From the NCBI GenBank assembly GCA_951406725.2, contig OX597828.1, positions 9,114,001 through 9,178,000 on the forward strand: 64,000 nt of DNA. Direction: 5' to 3'. The notes under the pieces were generated by a model that saw only the letters and a program-made list of their open reading frames with translations, searched no databases and was not told the DNA's origin. The translations under genes were made by a program, and so were the position numbers. Shown here in pieces: positions 52,002 through 64,000 of this stretch; the stretch's first letter is position 1; each line of letters begins with the position of its first letter. Source of the stretch: Octopus vulgaris (taxonomy: Eukaryota).

Positions 52002-55000
52002 GCATACTTAAATACATACGTACGTACATACAAACACACATATAAGTACATACATATACGTGTGTATATACGTACATAGAAGCAAACGACTATATATTTA
52101 TATACAATGCTTATAAAAGTTATACGTATATTATAATAGTGACCTATTTTTATCCATACAATCAAAATTCACAGCAAATATTTCATATCTCTCAGCTCCT
52201 GTCGCCAAAGTTGGAAATCTCAACATACCTAAATTAGCGGAACGCATAATAAAATATCTTACAACATTAAAATTTTGCCAATAATTTACTCGTATAATTT
52301 TGGCATTTTGCAAAACAAAGGAAGTAGTCCATGCATATCTAAGTCAGCACTGATTTAAGACTACAAGCACATTCTTTCTTTGATGATGAAACTCGTGAGA
52401 CGAAGTTTTTGTTTGTGGCTTGTTCTTGTGCATAAATATTAAACGGATGTTTTAACAAATAATCCATTTCTAGTAGTTGGATAGTAGAATATGCAAAATA
52501 ACTGTCAAGTCTTGTTTTAATTATGGGTTTTAAAACACTTACAACGGAAGCTAATTGCTTATTAACAATCGGTTCTATAAAGCAGCTAATAAATTTTCAT
52601 ATTTTGTTTCAGACTTTAAATCATTCGGATATTATTGTGTTAATCTTACAATTACAAATAATTCATGTATTATACATCAATAATATACTGATACACAAAG
52701 TAAAAAATGAAGCGGAAGTCGAAATAACCAGACGCATATATACATATATACAAAGAAGATGCATGATTTCTGTTTTATTTTATATTTTATATGTTAAGTT
52801 TTAGCGTTAATATATGAGTGAAATAACGTGAAACGTTGATTTGAACACAAAAGAAAATATTGAACTTTATCAAAATTGCATAAATAGATGTAACATTTCT
52901 CAATGGTATAAAATCCTCCAAATATTCTACATGAAAACCTCTATTCTATTTGAGGTATTGAAGGTAAAGAACCCCCCTTTCTGTCCTTTTGTAAAGACAA
53001 AGCCTTGAATAGGTTTCCTCTATAATCAGAAGCAAATTCAATATCTGTGTTGCGAAAATAATGGAATTATTGCTTTAGACATTTTTTAGTCGCTAAAGAG
53101 GAAAAATTACAACTATTGAGAGATATAAAAGAAATAAACCACATTGAACACATAAATATATAACCAATTCTATTTCTATCGAAACCAACAAATTACAATA
53201 AAGGTATTCGTTCTTTATCTGATTGCCATATATTTTAATTTTCTTTCTTTTTTTTCGTGATATTTTCCTGCGAAAATATCTTAATTAATGGAAACACGTT
53301 TATTAGATTTTCTTAATATGCTTCTCAGTTTAATTGGCGGTCAGATTTTCTCAACTATTTGAATTTCCCTAAATATACCTTGGAGGGAAAATAAATAAAA
53401 TTTATTGCTGAAAACACAGCAATAATTTTATCATCCATAAAAAATAAAAGTTATAATGGTATAGAGCTTTGATCAATAATCATCATTTGTTTTTGATCTA
53501 ACACTTTTATTGTTTATCTTATCATTTCCTTTAATTTCTTTTTTGGCACTTACTTATTTCTTATTTTATATATTTATTCATTCTTTATTACGATTCTTTT
53601 TTTTTATGTATTTTTTAGAGTATCAAACTTCAAGAATTCATTATCATTTAGCTACTTTCTTCTAAATCAATCAAAAGAAACGAAATATAATGAATTTTTT
53701 GGTCATTTTACTAGAAGTATTTTCTGCGTACATACACAACACATCCTTCACCCAACACAAGGAAACATATTTCAGCATCAGTATAGGTAAATACCTATGA
53801 ATAGATTCATACCTTTATATATGTATACACATACGTATGTACTCCTATATCTACCGTTATCTACATCTATCTGTATATATATATATATATATATGCATAC
53901 GCACACACATACATATACAAATACACAAACACACTCACTCGCGGGCATGCGAATGTATATCTGTAGAAAGAGAAATTTTATAAGTATATACTTATCCTTG
54001 ATTACATTATCTCTTGTCTACAAGATAATACCAGTTCCATCATATAATTTTCAATCTTCTGTTTTTTTCTTTCCTTTTGCCTTATTTTTATATTTTGTAT
54101 TTGAAGATATTACTAATTAGGAAACGTTTTCTTCAGATATTTATTCCAAAATTAGATTAATGGCAAAAATACTAAGTCCGAAACAAAGATTTGTAAAAAC
54201 ATCAATAATACGATGATATTATTGCTGGTAGATAACAGCGAAATAAAATAGCCCCAGAGTACAAGTTATACACAATAAGATTAGGGACGAAATGAACAAA
54301 AGTCTGAGCAAAAACTAAATTTCATATGCACAATTTCTGTCGAACAAGAGCAATGCGAATAATGCTTAAATTTAAAATTTTAAAATCAATTGTAAGTTAA
54401 TGAAATTTGAAAGTTTTTGGAGGATTTATTTTTCTTTAAATTATATACGGAATATACCAAATTAAAAAAAAAATTCAATAAAATTCAATTTTAATTTTTC
54501 ATGAGATTTATTCTGAAGATTGAAAATTATGGAAATATAGTTCATATAGTTTTATTTGGAAATGAAAATTATCTTCTATTCGTGACTTTTCGTCATAAAG
54601 AACTAAGCTTGAGTAAGAAGTAAAAAAAAGACATCAAAACATAACTTCCAGATTTCTTACAATTTTCTATACATCTCCAAATATATAGATATAATTCAAT
54701 AATTCTAATAAAACTAATGCTATTGATTAAAATGATTCAATAGAATATCGAGGAAAATAAATGAAAAATAGATTACAAGCGCAAGTGCGACGGTCCGATT
54801 CTTACACTGGATGACTGTGATTGGGAGTACACCAAATAACTAGATTTAAATTGTAATAACTAGCAATGATATTAAGTCATATTTGACGACATTTCTACTC
54901 CCGGATCAAGAGATGTGTCCAACATTCAGTTTGAAATTTTGTAGATCACTTCTTATAACTGAACATCAAAAGGTTCACGTAGCAGACATTACTGTGCTAT

Positions 55001-55716
55001 TTTTGACCGCCAGAGTAACCTTGAGGAGATAGACATAAGTGTTTGAGGTATAACCATCCTGGTTTCTAATTCCACGGATTTAATTTCTCGGAAAAAGGAT
55101 CATATACTTAGAAGCCATTATTTTCATCCTATCGTGGGCGATAAAATACGTTCCTTTTGAGCATTGCGATCCACATAATCGACTAGACCCATCCACACAA
55201 AATTTCACACCTTCTGCCTACGTAGTAAAATATTTCTTTAACAGATTAGAAAAGGCATTTCAAGATGATATTGACCGATATATATGAAAAAACAATTAGA
55301 GTTTCCTGCGTGGAATTAAAGCTGTAAATCTGTATACATGAATCTAGGCATTATTCCTAAATATCTACACATAAATGCGCATTTTTGTAGGCATCCTTAT
55401 ATACAGCTTTATGTGTGTAAACCAGTATACGCCTATGTATACATGTCCGCTTATGTAAGCGCCAATTGGGTGATGTTTGCATATATAGAAATAAGACAAC
55501 TACGGAAAGAAAAATATGCATTTTTGTTTCTTAATAATACAGCATACAAATGACGTACACAAATACAAGTACATGTACACATGCATTCCTATAGGAAAAC
55601 ATACGTGTATCATATATAAATAAACGCGCGTTCGAACACACATGTACGCGTGCACATATATGTATGTATATATATATATCAGGTGTTACAATTCTATATT
55701 TAAGAGATGAGGAATC

Positions 55717-55882
55717 ATATACATTATTTACATTATTTACAATCGACTGATATTTGTTTGTTCTTAACACAACGTTTCGGCTGATATACCCGCCAGTTTT
55801 CATCAGGTGTCTTGCGGAAATATCGAACCTGGGTTCCCACTCCTAAGGTATTTTTCGATGTTATTATTATCATTATTATTAA

Positions 55883-55972
<90 letters not shown>

Positions 55973-56061
55973 CATTATTATTATTGAGTGAGCAGTTCAT
56001 GCCATCAAAGTGATTTTATTATTATTATTATAATTTCTATTATTATTATTATTATTATTAC

Positions 56062-56140
<79 letters not shown>

Positions 56141-56366
56141 GTTGTTGTTGTTCAGGTTACTGCTTGGAATCGAACTCGGAATATTGGGGTTAGTAGCCCG
56201 CGCTCTTACCCACCACGCCATATGCCTGTGGTGTAGTAGTTAAAAGCGTAGTTTACTAACCCCAAGATTCCGAGTTCGATTTTAGGCAGTGACCTTAATA
56301 ATAATAATAATAATAATATTAGTAATAATAGTAATAATAATATTAATAATAATAATAGTAATAATA

Positions 56367-56420
<54 letters not shown>

Positions 56421-56429
56421 GTAATAGTA

Positions 56430-56498
<69 letters not shown>

Positions 56499-56677
56499 TT
56501 AATAATGATGATGATGATGATAATAATAATATCAAACATCAAAAAATAACCCAGGTTCCAAATTTCCCGAAGACACCTTATGAAGGCTGTATGGTATATC
56601 AGCTGGAACTTTGTGTTAAGAACAAACAAGATGAGGACAAATATCCGTCAATTGTAAATAATGTAAATAATGTATAT
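55717..56677. mobile_element. Inverted head-to-head dimer of a tRNA head-(AAT)n-hammerhead (Penelope pLTR-like) unit
   Basis: 55717-55860 is the imperfect reverse complement of 56535-56677; (ATT)n on the left, (AAT)n on the right; two divergent tRNA-like heads at 56153-56227 (-) and 56228-56295 (+). Confidence 0.8.
55766..55811 (-). ncRNA. Minimal type I hammerhead ribozyme motif
   Basis: gacac-CTGATGA-aaaCTGgcgggtatatCAGcc-GAAA-cgT-T-gtgtt: stem I gacac/gtgtt, palindromic ACGT stem III, GUU site. Confidence 0.7.
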
Positions 56678-57120
56678 CAGATGTTATGCATGCGGATGGT
56701 ATATTATATCCAATGAAACACACGTAGTATTTATTTGATCTTGGCTTTAGTTTGATCTTCATTCGTATGAATTTCAATTCACACGCTTGTCAAGGTACTT
56801 TCGTCAGAGATTCTGTTTCCTTTTCAGTGTTTCTCTGTCTCGTGAGTCTCTCTTCACTGAGGAAACACATAAGTCAGAGAATCACTGATGAGGTCATGGA
56901 ATGTGTGATGTAAGAACGTTGACAGACGTAGATACTGAAAAGATTGCGAATAACATTCAAAGTGAAGATCAAATAATGCATGGGTCTAATTCCCCAAAAA
57001 TTACCATATCCAACTGAAACAATGTGGGTTTCAAAACATTGTTTCACATGAAGAATCTTGGAAAACGTATATACATACACATATACATAAATACGTATAT
57101 ATATATACAATACCAAGTAA

Positions 57121-57184
<64 letters not shown>

Positions 57185-57197
57185 GTGTGTGTGTGCG

Positions 57198-57500
57198 TGG
57201 AAGCACATGGCCTAGGGGTTAGAGCAGTGGACCCGCGGTCGAGGGATCGTGGGTTCGAATCTCAGACCGGGTTATACGTGTGTTTATGAGCAAAACACCT
57301 AAGCTCCACGCGGCTCCGGCAGAAGGTAATGGCGAACTCCTGCTGGCTTTTTCGCCAGAACGTTCTCTCACTCTTTCCTCTTGCATCTTGCAGCTCACCT
57401 GCGACGGACCGGCTTCCCGTCTAGGTGGGAAACCTGTACGCCAAGAAACCAGGAAACTGGCCCTTATGAGCCAGGCATGGCTCGAGAAGGAACAAACACA
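57198..57500 (+). mobile_element. SINE family B with V-domain-like tail
   Basis: Colinear with 3637-3931, including cctgcgacggaccggcttcccgtctagg. Confidence 0.85.
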
Positions 57501-57699
57501 ATATATATATATATATATATATATGTACAAAGAGAGAGTGAGAGAGGAGATACATATGCGTGTTGTTGTGTGTGTGTGTATGTGTGTGTATGTGCTTCTG
57601 TATGTCAGTAAATCATAAATCCGAAATAGAGGTACACTTTGTAGAGTGATATGTGAACGATAGTTACGGCCGGTCTACTCGGTTATCTAAAGCGCATCG

Positions 57700-58110
57700 C
57701 TAAGCAGCGTCTCATCAGACACTAATTGCCGATAACTTCTAGCCAAAGTGGTGGGAGGGAAGACTTCACGATTAGATGTTGAAACACGGACAATGAAGAA
57801 ATGCTAAGCACAAGAGCTTGCTTTCCTTAGACTGCTGACCGTATCCACTCCATCGTTTTGTGGGTCCCGTGACGTCAATAGGAATATCCTGAAGTGTAAG
57901 CATGGTCCGAAAACATCAGTCCCGGAATTTATGACGTTCGAGGGAAGTCCTTAATATTCCCACCCGTTCAGGTGTGCACACCTTACAACGCTTGTTTCTG
58001 TTGATGTAGAGGCCCGGTTTTGCTAGGATCTTCCATCAGATTACGTCCTTGAGACGCCACACATGGCTGACCAAAGATGTGGCGTCTATGCGGAATACTA
58101 AATGACGATA
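57700..58110 (+). mobile_element. Possible RTE-type LINE 3' fragment
   Basis: GC-richer island with weak ED..NEEMLS, LHRFVGPV (LRWFGHV) and DxxxWR-like remnants. Confidence 0.35.
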
Positions 58111-58239
58111 TGTATCTTGAGTGGTGCTGCTTCAAGGTTTGCGTGTATGTATGTATGTATGTATATATAATGTATTTATCGTGATAGAAAATAAAAAAAA
58201 AGATTACTCCATCTGGTGAGAGATCAATATTATTTTTCA

Positions 58240-58384
58240 AAGGTCACAATACGTGTATTAAAGCGCTACTAATAGTTTCAATTTTTGAGTTCCTTATGAT
58301 ATCTGGATTGCGCCCGAAGACTATGTTTGAGCTCAATCAACATATGGAACTACTAGTAGCGTTTTAATACAGTATGGTGACCTT
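58240..58384. repeat. ~40-bp inverted repeat with ~65-bp spacer
   Basis: aaggtcacaatac..tgtattaaagcgctactaatagtt versus aactactagtagcgttttaataca..gtatggtgacctt. Confidence 0.85.
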
Positions 58385-58864
58385 CTCCCCCTCCTTAATT
58401 CCTTTCTTCCTCTTTTTTCTCTCGTCTCCTCTCACGTGACCGTTGGCCGACTGCTAGCCCTTTTACGTTTGACCACGGTCACAGCCAAATCGACATCCTT
58501 CCCTCTGCCGTAAGGCTTAATTCCATATACGCCAGCTGAATTCAATTTGTCTCCAGTCGAAAGACGCCTGTTGTTATGTCCTGTCATTATTATTATTATT
58601 GTTTTATTTTTGTATTCTTATTCGTGTAACATCTTTCGTTTTTCCGTCCTTGTTTCGTATATATTCGATGCGTTTTTTCCAAGGATTCTAATGCTCTTAG
58701 CTTAGTTTTCCCTTGGGGCTGCCCAGATTGGAACAATCTCAAGATTAATCAGCCGAAATCGCGAGGATGATCCGGTTCTTGACTAAAGAGAAAAGGCTTC
58801 GAATGACCCGTCCGTGTTTTTTTGTATCGTCTATCTGGATGATTTGTTGTCCCTTTTTGTATTT

Positions 58865-58902
<38 letters not shown>

Positions 58903-60568
58903 ATACACCCCTATTTGCATGCATGTATATGATGTACATACATATACGCATATATATACATATATATATACACATATCTATATGTATATATTTATGTATT
59001 TATATCTCTCTCTATCTCTGACCTGCGATCAAGCTTTCTTCATATGTATGTATATCTGTATGAATGTATGCATGTGTGTGAATGTATGTAGGTTTGTATG
59101 TATTATGTGTGTGGGCTTGTGCTCTTGTGATCTGAGGCAAGCCATTAAGCATACATGTTTGCCTTGTAACCTGAATCGCCCAATAAAATTAGAAATAACT
59201 GGAGTTGTTGCTACTACCATTCAGCAAAATATGACCATCTCCCTGCAATATTTTCTGTATTTATTTAGAAATGATGGTAATTACAAGGAACATGTATATG
59301 TAATACAACCTATCATGTTGAGTGAATTGACGCAAAACGATGGAAGTTTGAAACAAGAAGACAGGAAGGTTTGGAAAATAGAATCTTGACGAATGTGGTC
59401 AATTTAACTTCTGAACGCGATCCATTTATTTTCCTGTAGTGTAAATATATAAAATCTTCTAAACAGAAGATATAGACATGTCGATATTTATCAAATTCAC
59501 TTGTATTGAATAAATATAGGAAGAGAATTGCCTAAAGTTATTTCCAATTTCAATAGTTACTTTCCATTTTTTCTTCATTTGAATTTTCTAAATAGATACA
59601 ATTGCTTATCTCTTGTTTAGCAGTTGACAAATAAGTAAGTCAGATAGGTTGGGTTTTTGCGCATATATCAACAAATAAAATCGAACGTTCAGACGAGTAA
59701 ATTTGGTGAATTCTTTTCTAATTAATATGATGTTTTAAAGCTGGAGGGAAAATTCTTCATGCAGGATGAAGTTGAATAGAAACGCATTTACAAGACATGG
59801 CAAACAATTAAAGCGAAGAAAAAAGATTTGAAAAGGAAATAATGTAATCACATCGGAACGAGCATCTAAAATTTAAAGTAAATTTTAAAAGAACAGTTGT
59901 AGGAAATTTGTATGGAATTAAATTAAAAAAGTAAATACGCTACGTAATACAATGTTAGATTCAACTTAATGTAAGATTTCAATTTTGTTATATTATCTGC
60001 TTCTTGTATGTTACGTTTCTTTTATATTTCATTGCTGACATCGAAGATGTAGGACTAGCTAAGGATATTAGATAAAATAAAATAAAAGAATAAATAAAGA
60101 AGGATGTTTTTGATCATATATAATATGATAAAAAGAAAGCAATGACATTTTTTCTGCCGAAGTTAATAGATTTTTCGTTGAAAATCTAAAAGGAGATATA
60201 TTATGAGAGATCCATAAAGATAAGGAAGACAAGTTGTCCATAAAAATGAGATATTCTCATCAAAGTTGCAATTTATTTTCACAATGAAAAAAAGAACACG
60301 GTATTTATGACTCTTATAAGGATTTTTACTCGAAAAGATTGCATCCAACGTCTAAGTCGCTGATATGAAGTCATAAAAAAGAACTTGATGGTGCAACTCG
60401 TATAGAAAGAGAAGGACTATCGTACAAATTGCTGAAAATATATATCAAATAAGGAATGATAAAACTGTTTCAATAAAGTCTGAAACAGGTATATAATCAG
60501 CTGCATGAAAATAAATTCTTCACAGCGCGCAATATATAGATTTATACATGCATATATACATAAATATG

Positions 60569-60807
<239 letters not shown>

Positions 60808-61316
60808 AGGTTTAAAAAAGATTAGAAATCTAATTATATATAAAAATAAATATAATCCTTTTTTTTTTGTTTCAGCCCTAAAGCTGTGGCCTTGCTAGGT
60901 CGTCTGTATGCATATATGAATGTTTTTTAGCTTTTTGCGAGCATGCGCGAGTTCATGTGTGTATGCACTCGTTTCTGTGTTATTTTGCAACAGTTTTGAG
61001 TAAAACCAAACAAAATGTTTGCAACACATACCTCTTCAATTTCAAGTATTTGGAGGTACACTTTGGGGAACATGCAAGTGAGCAGACGCCGTTCTTCTAA
61101 ATCTTTTAGCTAGTTTACATATAGTTTCGAAATATATTCAATGCAGTGTTGCTATGATCAATTTTAACAATGTTATGAATAGCTAACAATATAATACTTC
61201 TTAAAGCCTACCACCGCATTTTCGTTTAAATTTAACTGACAATCGCGTACAAGATACATTAATCTACTCATGTGTGCATTTCGATACAGGAAACTGTGCT
61301 ATCGAATCCAGTCATG

Positions 61317-61365
<49 letters not shown>

Positions 61366-61366
61366 A

Positions 61367-61424
<58 letters not shown>

Positions 61425-61704
61425 CATGCATACACACACACACTCACATACCTATACACACGCACATGTACGTATATAATATGCACATATTATGTATATG
61501 TGCATGCGGATATGTTTATGCGTTTATGTTTATTTGCTTGTGCAGGTAGGTAGATATATAGCACATGTAATCACAGCTGTACTCGTACTTACACACTCTG
61601 TGATAGATATTTTCACTGACCAAATCCAGCGTAAAATAACATTTACAAACAAACGGTGAATGACGATGGAATTCCAGTTACACGTTTCTTTATATTGCCA
61701 AGCA

Positions 61705-62790
61705 CTGGGGCGTTGAGCTGGTAGAATTCTTAGCGTGCTGAGTAACATGCTTAGCGTTATTTCGTTTATCAGTTATCTTCCATGATCCGATTTCAAATTC
61801 TGTCGCACTCGACTTTGCCTTGGATTATTTCTGTGTCGATACAATGAAGTACTAGTTGAGCTCTGGAGTCGGTGTAATCGACTAGACCCCAGCCCCGAAA
61901 ATACTGGCCTTGTGGCAAAATTTGAAGAATATATTGCCAAACACTTAAGTTACCGGCACAACCTTGGGTCGATACTCGCATAGACCGTTTATAATCTTCT
62001 GTCAGTGTTAACCTACATAGACACATTGAGATGGAAATTTGACGGAAAACTGTCGGTTCAACACTTCATATCATACATATGTTATTCAACAGTGATCATC
62101 GAATCCACCTATAAAACAATATGGAAGATCCTGTCTCATCAAACAGCTACGTAAATCCTTTTAAGATTTCAGAATGTTCAGTTAATTAATTTTGTAGTGA
62201 AATGTTTGCATAAAGTTGTACAACAGCGTAAAAATTGTTAAACAACCAACTAAAACCAAAGTACTTTCTTCACTCCTGATCCATTAAAAGGTTTCAATGA
62301 AGACGCATTCGAAACCATCTACTACGTATTTGTAGTTTGCTCATAAGAAAATATAGGACGTTTCTAAAAAGAAACAATCCATATAAGTGTCTAGTATTTC
62401 ATATTCTGTACGTGGTAAGCTCTTAGAATCGTTATCAATTCGTCCGTCTCTAGATTCTGAGTTTAAATTTCGCTGAGCCTTTTATCCTTTCGCTGTCGAT
62501 ATATTCAACTTAACTAATCCACCCAAAATTGCTGGCCTTGTGTCTAATTTTAGAAGCTAATATTTCATTTTTGAAGGCGGCGAGCTGGTACAATCATTAG
62601 CACGCCGAGCGAAATCTTTAGCGTTAGTTTGTCCGTTTCCACGTTCTTAGTTAAAATTTCACCGAGTCTGACTTTGCCTTTCATTCTTTCGACATCGATA
62701 TAATAAGTACCAGGTGAACACTGGGCTTAATGTAATCAAATTAGCCACTCCACTTAAACTGCTGGCATTGTGACAAAATTTGAAACCAGT
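61705..62790 (+). mobile_element. Three SINE family C copies with a short alternative tail (~61705-61935, 62410-62560, 62572-62790)
   Basis: gagctggtagaattcttagc..gactttgcctt..ctggccttgtg..aaatttgaa repeated three times. Confidence 0.75.
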
Positions 62791-63611
62791 ACTTAATATT
62801 CCGGAAACAACGTTCTATGTCACGCTAATTTTACCAAGATTTCTACAAACACCAGCCAAGAAAAATACCTTCAAATATATATAATCTTTTACAAATTTCG
62901 GATCACAAGCGATCTACATAACCATTCAGGCAGTACATATAAATTTTTGTAATCATCCTAAGTTAATTAATTTTTATTATTCTGCCACAACTCGTATAGT
63001 ACAATTATATAATACTAATGTATATCCCAATCAAATGTGCAATGATATTGTAGTTTCCTTTGATCTGTATTGAGTAATTGGGTACTTTGATCATCGATTT
63101 CCCATCCGTTTACATATTTTAACTACTTTTGTAACCTTGCCAGAATTGAAAATATTAGACATTATTAATCTAAACTAGATTCTATGTACTAGCTACTTGT
63201 AACACCACTATTTTGCTTCGATATATGTTGGCTTGTTTACAAAGACATAACTTAAATATTACATCATTATATTTGTTTTCTTTTGTACCAAAGTATGTAT
63301 TTCATCCAAATGGGTAAAATGCATTCATCATTAATGATTAATTCAGGTAACCACTAGCGGGTGACCTTTCCGACCAACAGAATGTGTTTGCAGGTAGCAT
63401 CTACTTCTGCGACAAAAATATTAATTGTAGTCTCCTTACTAATGAAAGTAGATTTATGGTGCAATAGAGGCAACAGCAGTTACTATTTGCTGTGCACACT
63501 TACAGATGTGCTCTCTGTTGAAGTGCCAAGGTGGTAGTGTCTTCTTTTGCCGTTCTGTTATATTTTAAATATATATATATATATATATACAGACGCATAC
63601 ATATATGTGCG

Positions 63612-63651
<40 letters not shown>

Positions 63652-63818
63652 ATACATATATAAAGCACACACATATACATGCATACATACATATACATAC
63701 ATACCTACATATTTTATACACACACATATATATATATATATACATACATATATATACATATATATGCACATACATATATATATAAATTTTTATATATATT
63801 TATGTATACACACATACA

Positions 63819-63906
<88 letters not shown>

Positions 63907-64000
63907 ACAAATAATGCGGTTTTTTAGTTCCATGAACTAAAAGTCGGAGTGGGGCGGGATAAACTACCTGTATCAACTTGCTATAAAAGTTGGTAGTAAT

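Noticed and set aside
56153-56295. Two tRNA genes
   Set aside because: A and B boxes and an anticodon-like arm are present, but there is no convincing acceptor stem and no long variable arm for the ACT (Ser) anticodon; treated as element heads.
57690-57725. CTGATGAG plus hairpin on the minus strand
   Set aside because: No GAAA after the stem and no stem I or III.

Overview
AT-rich, gene-poor eukaryotic DNA. The SINE families and the very dense (TA)n/(CA)n/(GATA)n/(AAT)n microsatellites resemble an octopus (coleoid cephalopod) genome; this is inferred from remembered repeat families, not from a search. Nearly all ORFs in the track are microsatellite or repeat artefacts. What the sequence supports: (1) about 30 tRNA-derived SINE copies in four families (A-D here), some with TSDs, some multimeric, some with swapped head/tail modules; (2) fossil transposons: a mariner with both TIRs, an R4/Dong-type RT+RLE LINE, CR1- and RTE-type LINE fragments, two hAT fossils and a Gypsy integrase fragment; (3) several Penelope-like foldback remnants in (TA)n/(AAT)n tracts carrying minimal type I hammerhead ribozyme motifs, including a ~960-bp inverted dimer of a 'tRNA head-(AAT)n-hammerhead' unit (55717-56677) and a perfect 138-bp palindrome (50126-50263); (4) one candidate two-exon gene or pseudogene for a small secreted Cys-rich protein with a Ly6/three-finger-like Cys pattern (minus strand, 31355-30947). 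I found no CRISPR array, rRNA or intact tRNA gene. All alignments were done by eye, so boundaries of old elements are approximate.
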